This document shows positions 28,868-43,957 of a stretch of DNA of 64,000 nucleotides, in pieces. The notes under the pieces are model-generated. The model did not search any database. It was not told where the DNA came from and saw only the letters and a list, made by a program, of their open reading frames with translations. Made by a program: the position numbers and the translations under genes. Source of the DNA: an uncultured Clostridia bacterium (GTDB taxonomy: Bacteria; Bacillota; Clostridia; TANB77; CAG-508). Each line of letters opens with the position of its first letter. The stretch's first letter is position 1. The stretch lies in NCBI GenBank assembly GCA_928721565.1, contig OV788638.1, positions 204,348 to 268,347 on the forward strand, written 5' to 3'.

Positions 28868-30307
28868 CTATTTTTTCAACTCTTCAGCAAACATTTTATT
28901 AAGCATTTGTGGATTAGCTTTACCTTTAGTCTCTTTCATAGCTTGTCCAACTAAGAATCCTAAAGCTCTTTCTTTTCCTGCTTTGTAATCTGCAACTGAT
29001 TGTGGATTTGCTTCAATTATTTTTAATACTATTTCTTTTATTGCACCTTCATCAGAAATTTGAATCCATCCTTTTTCTTTAATAATATCTTCTGGATCTC
29101 TTGGATTTTCAAACAATTCCACTAATACTTTTTTACCTATACTTGAACTAATTGTTCCTTTGTCAATTAATTCTACTAACTTAGCTAGTTGCTTAGCATC
29201 AAATGGTATTTCAATTGGATCCATTTCGGTTTCATTTAAAATTCTGGAAATATCTGATATTATCCAATTGTTTACTGCTTTATAGTTTCCACAAATCTCA
29301 GATGCTTTTTCAAATAAATCTGACAAATATTTTGATGATGTTATTATTCCTGCATCTTTTTCAGATAATTTATATTCTGTTAAATATCTTTGTTTTCTGC
29401 TTTCTGGCATTTCTGGCAAACTATTTTTAATATTTTCTATATATTCTTCTGATAGTTTTATTGCTACTAAATCTGGTTCTGGGAAATATCTATAATCTTG
29501 TGCATCTTCTTTATCTCTCATTGAAAATGTTTTTCCTGATACTTCATCCCATCTTAATGTTTCTTGCTCAACTTCTCCACCATTGTCAATAACATCAACT
29601 TGTCTATCTATCTCATATTCAAGTGCTCTTGTAATACTTCTAAATGAGTTCATATTTTTCATTTCTGTACGTGTTCCAAATTTTTCTGAACCTACTGGAC
29701 GAATTGATGTGTTAACATCAGCTCTAAATGAACCTTCTTGCATTTTACAGTCAGATACTTCAATATATTCAAGTATTGATTTTAACTTTTTCAAATATGC
29801 ATCTACTTCTTCTATTGAACGAAAATCTGGTTCTGATACTATTTCTATTAGAGGTACACCTGCTCTATTTAAGTCTACTAATGCTCCTCCTCCAAAGTCA
29901 TCATGGTTTAATTTTCCTGCATCTTCTTCTATGTGAATACGTGTTATTCCTATTTTTTTCTTTCCTTTACTTGTTTCTATTTCTATATATCCATGTTCAC
30001 ATAGTGGTTTGTCAAATTGTGATATTTGATATGCTTTTGGCAAATCTGGATAAAAATAATTTTTTCTATCATTTTTACTGTTTCTTGATATTTCACAATT
30101 TGTTGCTAGTCCTGCTCTTACTGCATATTCTACCACTTTTTCATTTAATTTTGGTAATGTTCCTGGCATTGCCATACATATTGGGCATACTTGTGTGTTT
30201 GGTTCTGCTCCGAATTTTGTTGGACAACTACAGAATATTTTTGTATTTGTTGATAGTTCGGCGTGGACTTCTAATCCCATTACTACTTCATAATCCTCTC
30301 TTGCCAT
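28868..30307 (-). CDS. gatB: Asp/Glu-tRNA amidotransferase subunit B
   Basis: [33 protein letters not shown]. Confidence 0.95.
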   Translation of the reverse strand: MAREDYEVVMGLEVHAELSTNTKIFCSCPTKFGAEPNTQVCPICMAMPGTLPKLNEKVVEYAVRAGLATNCEISRNSKNDRKNYFYPDLPKAYQISQFDKPLCEHGYIEIETSKGKKKIGITRIHIEEDAGKLNHDDFGGGALVDLNRAGVPLIEIVSEPDFRSIEEVDAYLKKLKSILEYIEVSDCKMQEGSFRADVNTSIRPVGSEKFGTRTEMKNMNSFRSITRALEYEIDRQVDVIDNGGEVEQETLRWDEVSGKTFSMRDKEDAQDYRYFPEPDLVAIKLSEEYIENIKNSLPEMPESRKQRYLTEYKLSEKDAGIITSSKYLSDLFEKASEICGNYKAVNNWIISDISRILNETEMDPIEIPFDAKQLAKLVELIDKGTISSSIGKKVLVELFENPRDPEDIIKEKGWIQISDEGAIKEIVLKIIEANPQSVADYKAGKERALGFLVGQAMKETKGKANPQMLNKMFAEELKK

Positions 30308-31785
30308 TATTGTGCACCTCCTTTAAATGTTGGTTTATGTTCTGCTCTAAAGTTTGTTGCTTGCTCATAAGAATATGCCGCTTTAATTATTGTTTCTTCA
30401 CTAAATTTGTTTCCTATAATTTGCATACCAATTGGTAATCCTTGGCTATCTACACCACAAGGTACTGACATTCCTGGAAGTCCTGCTATATTTACAGAAA
30501 CTGTACAAATATCAGCTAAATACATTTCCATAGGATTTGTTGATCTTTCTCCTAATTTAAATGCTGTTGTTGGAGATACTGGTGTTACTATAATATCATA
30601 TTTTTCAAATGCTTTATTAAATTCATTCATTACAAGTGTACGTACTTGTTGTGCTTTTTTATAATATGCATCATAATATCCTGAAGATAATACATAAGTT
30701 CCAAGTATAATTCTTCTTTTTACTTCTGCCCCAAATGCTTCACTTCTAGATTTTTTATAAATTTCTTTTAAAGTTTTTGCTTCTGGTGATCTATATGTGT
30801 ATCTTATTCCGTCATATCTTCCTAAATTTGAGCTTGCTTCTGCACATGCAATTATATAGTATGTTGCTAATGCATAATTTGCAATATCTAATGAAAATTC
30901 TTCTACTTCTGCTCCCATTTTCTTATATTCTTCTATTGCTTTTTCTAATGATGCTTTAACTTCTGGATTTATTCCTTCTCCATAGAATTCTTTTGGAACT
31001 CCTATTTTCAATCCTTTAACATCTTTTTGTAATGCTTTTGTATAATCTTTTTCTCCTACATCTACTGATGTTGTATCCATTTCGTCATGTCCTGCAATTA
31101 CATTTAGTAATTCTGCACAGTCTTGTACATCTTTTGTGAATACTCCAACTTGGTCAAGTGATGATGCAAATGCTACTACACCATATCTTGAAACTAATCC
31201 ATATGTTGGTTTTAAACCTACAACACCACAAAATGATGCTGGTTGACGGATACTTCCACCTGTATCTGTTCCTAATGCCCATGGTACCATATTTGCTGCA
31301 ACTGCTGCTGCAGATCCTCCTGAAGATCCTCCTGGCACTCTTGATAAATCCCATGGATTTCTTGTTTTCTTAAAATATGAATATTCTGTTGAACCTCCCA
31401 TTGCAAATTCATCCATATTTAATTTTCCTAAATCTATCATTTCTTCTTCATTTATTTTGTTCATTACTGTTGCATCATATGGTGCAACAAAGTTTTCTAA
31501 CATTTTTGATGCACATGTTGTTTTTACACCTTTTGTGCAGATTATGTCTTTTATTCCTATTGGTATTCCAGCTAATTTTCCAACTTTTTCTCCTCTATCT
31601 ATTTTAGCTTGGATTTCTTCTGCTTGCTTTATACCTTCTTCTGTTAGCTCTGTTATAAATGCTTGTACTTCTGGCTCTTTTTCTTTTATTCTATCTACAT
31701 AAGCTCTCGTTATTTCTGTTATTGTTAATTCTTTGTTTTTGATTTTTTCTTGTAACTCATGTACTGTTAATTCTGTAATATCCAT
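30307..31785 (-). CDS. gatA: Asp/Glu-tRNA amidotransferase subunit A
   Basis: Amidase signature [13 protein letters not shown]. The start is probably [11 protein letters not shown] at 31785; the track ORF extends to 31818. Confidence 0.9.
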   Translation of the reverse strand: MDITELTVHELQEKIKNKELTITEITRAYVDRIKEKEPEVQAFITELTEEGIKQAEEIQAKIDRGEKVGKLAGIPIGIKDIICTKGVKTTCASKMLENFVAPYDATVMNKINEEEMIDLGKLNMDEFAMGGSTEYSYFKKTRNPWDLSRVPGGSSGGSAAAVAANMVPWALGTDTGGSIRQPASFCGVVGLKPTYGLVSRYGVVAFASSLDQVGVFTKDVQDCAELLNVIAGHDEMDTTSVDVGEKDYTKALQKDVKGLKIGVPKEFYGEGINPEVKASLEKAIEEYKKMGAEVEEFSLDIANYALATYYIIACAEASSNLGRYDGIRYTYRSPEAKTLKEIYKKSRSEAFGAEVKRRIILGTYVLSSGYYDAYYKKAQQVRTLVMNEFNKAFEKYDIIVTPVSPTTAFKLGERSTNPMEMYLADICTVSVNIAGLPGMSVPCGVDSQGLPIGMQIIGNKFSEETIIKAAYSYEQATNFRAEHKPTFKGGAQ

Positions 31786-31851
31786 GTTCTTCCTCCTTAA
31801 ATTTTGGACCGGGTACATTTTTTTAAAATTTGAGGCCGGTACATTTTTTTG

Positions 31852-32139
31852 TTAATTCAAAACTTTTGGTAGTTTAAACATATGCTGATCTTGTGTTGGA
31901 GCATTTTCTAATAAACTATCTACATCTTCAAATCTCTTTACTTCGTCTTTTCTAAATACATTCTTTGCCTCATTTGCTCCTATTGTTATGTCTAGATTGT
32001 CAACAGGTGCATTGTTTACTATATTGGCAAAATTTAATATGTCTTGTAAATGTAACATATATTTTTCAATCTCATTTTCTTCTAGCTCTAATTGAGCTAA
32101 ATTTGCTATGTGCAATATCTCTTCTTTACTTACTTTCAT
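31852..32139 (-). CDS. gatC: Asp/Glu-tRNA amidotransferase subunit C
   Basis: MKVSKEEILHIANLAQLELEENEIEKY. The start is probably at 32139; the track ORF extends to 32202. Confidence 0.85.
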   Translation of the reverse strand: MKVSKEEILHIANLAQLELEENEIEKYMLHLQDILNFANIVNNAPVDNLDITIGANEAKNVFRKDEVKRFEDVDSLLENAPTQDQHMFKLPKVLN

Positions 32140-32241
32140 AATGACCCTCCTCGCTCTTACTTTTAATGTGCTTATTATATACCGTTTTTTGAAAAAAAAC
32201 AAGTAAAAAGAAAGAACTTTCTAGCTCTTTCTTTAATTTAT

Positions 32242-33198
32242 TTATGCATTTAATATTGGATCAATTTCATTTTTTATATTTTCTTTCATAATATTACAAC
32301 TATGATCAAATTTTGCTTGATCTTCATCATTTAATTTTAATTCCAAAATTTCTTTTACTCCATTTTTATTTATAATTGCTGGAACTCCTATATACATACC
32401 TTTTTGATTATATTCTCCATTTTGATATGTTGATACTGTAAGTATTGCATTTTCATCATTTAAAACAGCTTTTATTAATCTATTTAAAGCCATTCCAATA
32501 CCATAATAGGTTGCTCTTTTCTTTTCAATAATTTCATATGCGGCTTTCCATACTCCATCATGAATTTTCTTTAAATCTTTCATTGGATGATTATTGTCTT
32601 CCATTATGTCTATTATTCTTTTACATCCAACATAGCAATGTTCCCATGGAACTAATGATGAATCTCCATGTTCACCTAGTATATATGCATGTACATTTTT
32701 ACTTGAAACATCTAAATATTCTGCTATTAAATATCTTAATCTTGCTGTGTCTAATACTGTTCCAGAACCTATTACTCTTGATTTTGGTAATCCTGAAACT
32801 TGTGCAACAACATATGACATTAAATCTACTGGATTACTTGCAATTATAAATACTCCATTAAATCCATTTGCCATTACTTGTTCTGTTATTTCTTTTACTA
32901 TTTTTGTGTTTGCTACTGCTAATTCTAGCCTTGATTGTCCAGGTTTTTGTGGTAATCCTGCTGTGATTACTACGATATTAGCATCTTTACATTCTGAATA
33001 ATCTCCTGCTTTTATATCCATTTTTTGAGGTGCATATGGTAGTCCATGTGATAAATCCATTTCTTCACCTTTAGCTTTGTCTTTTAGTACATCTATTAGT
33101 ACAAGTTCATCTACTCCTCCTTGGTTCATCATAGCATATGCCATACTCATTCCTACAAATCCTGTTCCTACTAATACTACTTTTTTGTTTGTGTTCAT
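32242..33198 (-). CDS. ldh: L-lactate dehydrogenase
   Basis: KVVLVGTGFVGMSMAYAM Rossmann motif; catalytic His at EHGDS. Confidence 0.9.
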   Translation of the reverse strand: MNTNKKVVLVGTGFVGMSMAYAMMNQGGVDELVLIDVLKDKAKGEEMDLSHGLPYAPQKMDIKAGDYSECKDANIVVITAGLPQKPGQSRLELAVANTKIVKEITEQVMANGFNGVFIIASNPVDLMSYVVAQVSGLPKSRVIGSGTVLDTARLRYLIAEYLDVSSKNVHAYILGEHGDSSLVPWEHCYVGCKRIIDIMEDNNHPMKDLKKIHDGVWKAAYEIIEKKRATYYGIGMALNRLIKAVLNDENAILTVSTYQNGEYNQKGMYIGVPAIINKNGVKEILELKLNDEDQAKFDHSCNIMKENIKNEIDPILNA

Positions 33199-33338
33199 AA
33201 TTAATCTACTTCCTTTCTCTTTTTGTCGCTAATATTATATCACTTTTTTGAACTTTTAAAACATTTTTTTTATTTCTTTTGCATTTTTTTTTAAAATAAT
33301 GTAAAATATTTTATATGAAAATAGAAAAGGAATAATAT

Positions 33339-34160
33339 ATGGAAAAAAAGTTGAAAGAAGAAAAACAATTTATAGCACCACCAAAGCTAGAATGTTGGGA
33401 GGTACTAGCATATTTTATACTTTATAGTATTGCAGGATATTTAATAGAAACATTATTTGCATTAGTAAGATATGGCGTTTTAGAAAGCAGACAAAGTTTT
33501 TTATATGGCCCATTTTGTAGTATATATGGTGTTGGTGCTATTATAATGATAATTTTTCTAAGATATTTTATGAAAAATAGATTAACATTATTTATTGGTG
33601 GATTTTTTATAGGTTCAATTACAGAATACTTAGTTAGCTTAATTGGTGAATTAATATTACATGTAAAATGGTGGGATTATTCGAATATGCCACTTAATAT
33701 AAATGGCAGAATTTGTCTTTACTATTCTATTTTTTGGGGATTATTAGCAATATTTTTAATGAGAGTTATTCATCCTCGTATTAGAAATTTATTAGCTTTT
33801 ATTCTAAAAAAATTAAGCTTCAAGGTTTTAAAAACAACTATAATTATAATTAGTATTTTTATGGCTATAGATTGCATTATTTCAGCTTATGCAATTAATT
33901 TGTTCACAATTAGAATGATTGCTAATAATGATTTAAATGTCAAAAATAAAACCACTGCTATTGAACTTAATATTAAAATTAATAAAAATAATTTTAGTAA
34001 CAAAATATCAAATATCTTTTTTAATGATAAAATTATGCTAAAAACTTATCCTAATCTTAAAATTCAACAAATTGATGGTTCTATGGTTTATTTTAAAGAT
34101 TTATTACCTGACATAGCTCCTTATTATATTAGATTTCAAGAACAAGATTTTTATAAATAA
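33339..34160 (+). CDS. Polytopic membrane protein of the putative ABC-transporter type IV family (DUF1113/CmpB-like)
   Basis: WDYSNMPLNINGRICLYYSIFWG matches the conserved GRIC...WG core of PF06541. Confidence 0.5.
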   Translation: MEKKLKEEKQFIAPPKLECWEVLAYFILYSIAGYLIETLFALVRYGVLESRQSFLYGPFCSIYGVGAIIMIIFLRYFMKNRLTLFIGGFFIGSITEYLVSLIGELILHVKWWDYSNMPLNINGRICLYYSIFWGLLAIFLMRVIHPRIRNLLAFILKKLSFKVLKTTIIIISIFMAIDCIISAYAINLFTIRMIANNDLNVKNKTTAIELNIKINKNNFSNKISNIFFNDKIMLKTYPNLKIQQIDGSMVYFKDLLPDIAPYYIRFQEQDFYK

Positions 34161-34195
34161 AGTTGTCAAAAAAACTTTTTGACAACTTTTAAATT

Positions 34196-35131
34196 TTATT
34201 TTATAATTTCTTCTACTTTTTTTACTATGTTTTCAACATTCAATCCATATTTTGATTTTACATCAATAGCTTTTCCAGACTCTGTAAATACATCTTCTAC
34301 CCCTACATATGAAATTGGAGCATGTGTTGATTTCTGAGCTATCACTTCTGCAATTGCCCCTCCAAGTCCACCTAAAATTGAGTGATTTTCTAGTGTTACC
34401 ATTCCTTTTACATTTAATGCTAAATTATTAATTAATTTAATGTCTATTGGCTTAATTGAAAATATATTTACAAGTTTTCCATTATAACCTTTTTCTTTTA
34501 ATTTTTCAAATGATTCATATGCCAATTTTGCTGTTGTTCCTTCATATATTAAAGCAAAATCATTTCCATTATCTTCTACTATAATTGATTTTCCAGTTTC
34601 TGCATCTTGTTCTAATTCTACATCTGGTACAACATCTCTTGTTGCTCTAATATATACTGGTCCATCACATTGAATTGCAATTTTTATTGCTTGTTTTAAT
34701 TCTTTTATGTTTGAAGGAACTACTATTTTTATATTTGGAATCATTCTCATAAGTGCTATATCTTCATTAGCATGATGTGACGCTCCATCTGGCCCATTAT
34801 CCATTCCAACATATGTACCTATTAATTTGACATTTGAATTTGCATAAGCTGATTGTCTAACTTGAGTCCACGCTGTTCCTGTTACAAATGTTGCAAAATT
34901 TACATAGAAAGGAATTTGTCCTTCTGCAGCAAGTCCTTCTGCAATAGAGACAGCACTTGCTTCTGCAATTCCTGCCTGTATAAAACGATTTGGGTATTTG
35001 TCCTTAAAAATTAACGTCTTTGTTGATTTTGCCAAATCACTATCAATCACATAAATTCTATTATCATTTTCAGCAAATTCACATAAAAATTCTCCAATCT
35101 TATCTCTTAAACAAACTTCTTTGTATTCCAT
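34196..35131 (-). CDS. Transketolase, C-terminal subunit
   Basis: Pyrimidine-binding and C-terminal transketolase domains. Pairs with 35134..35961. Confidence 0.85.
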   Translation of the reverse strand: MEYKEVCLRDKIGEFLCEFAENDNRIYVIDSDLAKSTKTLIFKDKYPNRFIQAGIAEASAVSIAEGLAAEGQIPFYVNFATFVTGTAWTQVRQSAYANSNVKLIGTYVGMDNGPDGASHHANEDIALMRMIPNIKIVVPSNIKELKQAIKIAIQCDGPVYIRATRDVVPDVELEQDAETGKSIIVEDNGNDFALIYEGTTAKLAYESFEKLKEKGYNGKLVNIFSIKPIDIKLINNLALNVKGMVTLENHSILGGLGGAIAEVIAQKSTHAPISYVGVEDVFTESGKAIDVKSKYGLNVENIVKKVEEIIK

Positions 35132-35133
35132 AT

Positions 35134-35961
35134 TTATATATCCTCCTCTTGTAAATCTTGCATTGCAATTTTATATTCTTCATCTGAAAGTGCTCCACTA
35201 TGCCATTTAGGATTATTCTCCATAAAAGATATTCCTTTACCTTTGATTGTGTTAGAAATTATTACAACAGGCTTATCTTGTACCATATATGCTTCATTTA
35301 ATCCATTTACAACCTGTTTCATATCATTGCCATCTAATTCTATTACATGATAATTAAAAGCTCTTATTTTGCCTGCTAATGGTTCTAAATTCATTGAATC
35401 ATTTACACCATCAAAAGAAGATAGTTTATTATAGTCTATAATTATAATTAAATTATTTAATTTATAGTGTGCTGCTTGCAATAAAGATTCCCAAATTTGT
35501 CCTTCTTGCATTTCTCCGTCGCCTAATATTGCATATACATGGTGGTTATCCTTATTATTTCTTTTTGCAATTGCCATGCCTACAGCAATTGAAAGGCCTT
35601 GACCTAGTAGTCCTGTTGTAGCGTCTACTTCTGGTATAGTTCCAGTATATGGATGTCCTTGAAGTCTTGAATTTATTGTTCTAAATGTTCCTAACTCATC
35701 TTCTTTAATTATTCCTTTTGAACATAAAACTGCATATTGTGCTGGAACTGCATGGCCTTTTGATAATACAACTTTACTACGTGGATTTTCATTAAAATTC
35801 ACATCCATTTCATATATAGCAGTTAACATATCTATTACAGATAAAGATCCTCCTGGGTGTCCTGCTTTTCCTTCATATATCATTTTGATTATTCTTTTTC
35901 TATTTTGATTTGACAATTTCTTTAGTTTTTCTATATCAATCATTTTTTTGATCCTCCTCAT
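35134..35961 (-). CDS. Transketolase, N-terminal (thiamine diphosphate-binding) subunit
   Basis: GHPGGSLS and GDGEMQEG ThDP motifs. Confidence 0.85.
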   Translation of the reverse strand: MRRIKKMIDIEKLKKLSNQNRKRIIKMIYEGKAGHPGGSLSVIDMLTAIYEMDVNFNENPRSKVVLSKGHAVPAQYAVLCSKGIIKEDELGTFRTINSRLQGHPYTGTIPEVDATTGLLGQGLSIAVGMAIAKRNNKDNHHVYAILGDGEMQEGQIWESLLQAAHYKLNNLIIIIDYNKLSSFDGVNDSMNLEPLAGKIRAFNYHVIELDGNDMKQVVNGLNEAYMVQDKPVVIISNTIKGKGISFMENNPKWHSGALSDEEYKIAMQDLQEEDI

Positions 35962-36394
35962 TAATATATCTTATAATGTCTTGTGGTTCTTTAGCATTTT
36001 TCATTATTTCAAAAAATTGTGGCTTTTGAAGTAATTCTGAAACAGCACTTAAAGCTTCTATATGTGAATCAAAATCAGTGTTAGCAAATAAAAGGACATA
36101 ATATACTGGATCATTTTTAGGATTTCCAAAGTTTACTGGTTCTTTTAAAGTTATTAATGTAATTGCATTTTCCTTAACTCCCATGCTTCCTAAGCAATGA
36201 GGTATTGCTATTCCCTTAGCTACAACAACATATGGTCCAAATAATTTTACACTTTTAATTACACAATCAATATATTCTTGTGTTACAATTCCTTTTTCTA
36301 ATAATATATTTCCTGCATGATTAATTGCGTCTTCCCAATCATTACATGACTCATTTATTTTTATATATTCTGCCTTTAATATATCTTTAAGCAT
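35936..36394 (-). CDS. PTS EIIA component (mannitol/fructose/ascorbate type 2)
   Basis: GIAIPH active-site His. A stand-alone 152-aa IIA upstream of the split transketolase. Confidence 0.7.
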   Translation of the reverse strand: MLKDILKAEYIKINESCNDWEDAINHAGNILLEKGIVTQEYIDCVIKSVKLFGPYVVVAKGIAIPHCLGSMGVKENAITLITLKEPVNFGNPKNDPVYYVLLFANTDFDSHIEALSAVSELLQKPQFFEIMKNAKEPQDIIRYINEEDQKND

Positions 36395-36534
36395 TAATAA
36401 TTACCTCTTTCCATTTTTTTATTCTCACTATATATCACAAATAAAAATAATTATCAAGTTTTATAAAAAAATAATTTTTAAATTGATTTTTTTATTTAAA
36501 CAAAATAAAAAGTCCAGTTTACACTGAACTTCTT

Positions 36535-36611
36535 ATGGCTCCTCTTGTTGGACTCGAACCAACGACCTATCGGTTAACAGCCGAGCGCTCTACCAACTGA
36601 GCTAAAGAGGA
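36535..36611 (-). tRNA. tRNA-Asn (GUU)
   Basis: Reverse complement is TCCTCTTTAGCTCAGTTGGTAGAGC...CGGCTGTTAACCG...GGTTCGAGTCCAACAAGAGGAGCCA. Confidence 0.85.
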
Positions 36612-36620
36612 ATATATAAA

Positions 36621-36736
36621 ACTAGCAACAACCTATTTTCCCAGCAGGGTAACCCACAAGTATCTTCGGCACATTGGAGCTTGACTTCTGTGTTCGGGAT
36701 GGGAACAGGTATTTCCTCCATGTAATCGTCACTAGA
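36621..36736 (-). rRNA. rrf: 5S ribosomal RNA
   Basis: Reverse complement matches the Firmicute 5S rRNA: ...CCTGTTCCCATCCCGAACACAGAAGTCAAGCTC... Confidence 0.85.
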
Positions 36737-36910
36737 AAATTAATATCTACTTAATACGAATGTAATTATACTATACCTTTTTTTAAATTGCAATACTTTA
36801 TTAATATTTTTTACATTTTTTTTTAAATTATACACTATATTTACATTCAATAAAAGCACACTCAAAAATACATAGATGAAATTATATTAGAATTCTTTTT
36901 TAAAATTATA

Positions 36911-39778
<2,868 letters not shown>

Positions 39779-40023
39779 GTTTTCTAAAATTAAATCCTAA
39801 TTTTTTCAACTAGTTGTCTAGTTTACCTTATTTCATCTATATATTTTTCAATGTGCTTTCTTTGTAATTATAAACTTCGTATTACTGTGTCAAACTTCGT
39901 CATAATTTTTTCGATATATACAAGTATTATCTCAAAAATTCTTCCTTGTTTTCCTTACATTACTTGTTTATAATTTCCAACAACAATTTTTATTATTGTT
40001 TTGTGCTGTTTTAATAACAGCTT

Positions 40024-40100
40024 TGGTGGGCTCAAATGGAATCGAACCATCGACCTCATGCTTATCAGGCATGCGCTCTAACCATCTGAGCTATGAGCCC
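40024..40100 (-). tRNA. tRNA-Ile (GAU) in the 16S-23S spacer
   Basis: Reverse complement is GGGCTCATAGCTCAGATGGTTAGAGCGCATGCCTGATAAGCATGAGGTCGATGGTTCGATTCCATTTGAGCCCACCA. Confidence 0.85.
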
Positions 40101-40211
40101 ATATTTTAGAGTCTTGTCAAATGTGTTTCATTTGTATGAGCCTACTCTATTTCAAATGTACTAATTAAAGTACATTGAAAAATAAACAATAGATCCTTTA
40201 AATCCTTTTCT

Positions 40212-41750
<1,539 letters not shown>

Positions 41751-41904
41751 TTTGAGTTTTTTGACTCGTTTAAACTTCTTTAATTTTTTAATCTTTTTTG
41801 ATTTACTTTTTGGTACTTTTCTATTTCTAGAAAATCACCGTTTGGTTTATTCTCTAAAGGATTCTATTGTTTACTTTTCAATGTACTTTTTTGTTTGCTC
41901 ACTT

Positions 41905-42245
41905 GGTGTGAACGAAACTTATTTTAGCATACCTTTTCTTTATTGTCAATACTTTTTTAAAAATATTTTTAAAATATTTTTTGTCTCGTTTTTGAGGCAA
42001 AATAAAAAACTAGTAGTTGGTGTTTTTACTATTGTTTTGTTATTACTTTTTACTAATTTCTTGTGTATTATTTTTTAATATTTTTGTCTGTTGTTCGGTA
42101 CATTTATTATCTTAACACCGTTGTCGAAAAATGTCAATACTTTTTTTGAATTTTTTCTTAAAATATTTAACTTTTTTTAAAATTGTTTTTTTCGCTTAGT
42201 GCTCAATTATATTAACATCTTTCTATAAATAAGTCAATACCTTTT
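41905..42245 (-). promoter_or_regulatory. Three tandem sigma-A-type promoters with AT-rich UP regions upstream of the rRNA operon
   Basis: Read on the minus strand: TTGACA-17-TAAAAT (41949..41921), TTGACA-18-TAAGAT (42138..42109) and TTGACT-17-TAATAT (42237..42209). Confidence 0.5.
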
Positions 42246-42257
42246 TTTATAATTTTT

Positions 42258-42503
42258 TTAAATTTCCACTAATATCAAATCATCACTTATGCATTTTATA
42301 TTTTCCCATGGTATTACAATATCATTACTATTAGAAAATAAGCTCATCAAACGATTGTTACTTCCAGGCACAATTATAGAAGTTATCTTACCCGATTTTA
42401 AATCTGCGCAAACATCTTGTACAAATCCCAATCTTTTTCCATCCACTATATTTATAACTTCCTTATGTTTAAAATCTAATCCTTTATCTTCCACAGATAC
42501 CAT
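42258..42503 (-). CDS. ymxH: YlmC/YmxH-family sporulation protein (PRC-barrel)
   Basis: GKRLGFVQDVCADLKSGKITSIIVPG...IPWENI pattern. An 81-aa protein adjacent to sigG. Confidence 0.7.
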   Translation of the reverse strand: MVSVEDKGLDFKHKEVINIVDGKRLGFVQDVCADLKSGKITSIIVPGSNNRLMSLFSNSNDIVIPWENIKCISDDLILVEI

Positions 42504-42559
42504 CTCCTTTTGGCAAAGTATTTTTCCTATATATTGTATGATTTTTTTCTTAAAGTGTT

Positions 42560-42592
42560 AAAAAACAAACCGGCATAATACATACCGGTTAT
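42560..42592 (-). terminator. Probable rho-independent terminator of sigG
   Basis: Hairpin aaccggca-taatacata-ccggtt, followed on the minus strand by a T-run. Confidence 0.4.
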
Positions 42593-42594
42593 AA

Positions 42595-43368
42595 TTATCT
42601 GTAATATCTTTTAATGTTTTCTAATGCATTCTTTTCTAGTCTAGAAACTTGTGCTTGAGAAATTCCGATTTCTTCTGCAACTTCTGTTTGTGTACGTCCC
42701 TCAAAATATCTTTTTGTAATTATTTTCTTTTCTTTATCATTAAGTCTTCTAAGAGCTTCTGAAATTGTCATATTATCCGCCCAGTTTTCATCACTATTTT
42801 TGGCATCTTTAACTTGGTCCATTATATAAATGCTTTCAGATCCATCATTATATATAGGTTCTTGTAATGACACTGGATCTTGAATGGCATCAAAACTAAA
42901 TGCTATTTCTTCTCTTTCTACTCCAAGTTCTTTAGCTATTTCTTCTATTGTAGGTTCTCTTCCTTTTTCTTTATTAAATCGATCTTTAAATTGTATTGCC
43001 TTATATGCTAAATCCCTGACAGACCTACTTACTCTTATAGTATTATTATCTCTTAAATATCTTCTCACTTCTCCAATTATCATTGGTACAGCATAAGTAC
43101 TAAACTGAACATTTTGTGATAAGTCAAAATTATCTATTGATTTTATTAATCCTATACACCCTATTTGAAATAAATCATCTGCATTTTCTCCTCTGCCATA
43201 AAATCTCTGTATTACACTTAATACTAATCTCAAATTACCTCTTATAAATGTAGCTCTTGCTTCTTCATCTCCTTGTTTTATTTTTATAAATAGTTCGTCT
43301 TTTTCTTTATTTGTTAGTACCGGTAGTTGTGATGTATTAACCCCACAGATTTCTACCTTATTAATCAA
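42595..43368 (-). CDS. sigG: Sporulation sigma factor SigG
   Basis: MINKVEICGVNTSQLPVLTNKEK (the SigG-specific N-terminus), regions 2-4 conserved (DLFQIGCIGLIKSIDNFD, ISQAQVSRLEK). Confidence 0.85.
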   Translation of the reverse strand: MINKVEICGVNTSQLPVLTNKEKDELFIKIKQGDEEARATFIRGNLRLVLSVIQRFYGRGENADDLFQIGCIGLIKSIDNFDLSQNVQFSTYAVPMIIGEVRRYLRDNNTIRVSRSVRDLAYKAIQFKDRFNKEKGREPTIEEIAKELGVEREEIAFSFDAIQDPVSLQEPIYNDGSESIYIMDQVKDAKNSDENWADNMTISEALRRLNDKEKKIITKRYFEGRTQTEVAEEIGISQAQVSRLEKNALENIKRYYR

Positions 43369-43425
43369 ATAAAAAACCTCCTTTGGAAATAACGTTATTT
43401 ATATTATTTCCAAAAAAGGTATTAT

Positions 43426-43950
43426 TTATTCTTCTATATAACCTACAAAATTTAAGTTTCTATGATTTTGTTCGTCATCAAGTCCATATCCAACAACAAA
43501 CTTATCTTCTATTGTAAATCCAATATAGTCTGCTTGCACATTTGCAATCCTTCTTGAAGGCTTATCGAGCAAAGAACAAATCTTTAAAGATGCTGGTTTT
43601 TTCTCTATTAAGAAATCTTTCAAAAATGAAAGTGTTCTTCCTGTGTCTACAATATCTTCAATAACGATAACTTCTTTTCCTTCAATTGATTGAGTAATAT
43701 CTTTGTTAAGTTTTACTTTTCCAGTACTTTCATTATTTTCATAACTTGATACTTCTACAAATTCAAATTGTATATTGTTTTTTATTCTTTTTGCAAGTTC
43801 TACTGTAAAAAATATACTTCCTTTCAAAATGCATAAAAACATTAAGTCTTTTCCTTCATAGTCTCTCATTATTTGATGAGCAAGTTCTTCTAATCTTTTG
43901 TTTATTTGTTCTTCATTTATTAGTACTTTTATATCCTTCATTTTTTTCAC
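43426..43950 (-). CDS. hpt: Hypoxanthine phosphoribosyltransferase
   Basis: VIVIEDIVDTGRTLSFL PRPP-binding motif. Confidence 0.9.
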   Translation of the reverse strand: MKKMKDIKVLINEEQINKRLEELAHQIMRDYEGKDLMFLCILKGSIFFTVELAKRIKNNIQFEFVEVSSYENNESTGKVKLNKDITQSIEGKEVIVIEDIVDTGRTLSFLKDFLIEKKPASLKICSLLDKPSRRIANVQADYIGFTIEDKFVVGYGLDDEQNHRNLNFVGYIEE

Positions 43951-43957
43951 CTATTTT

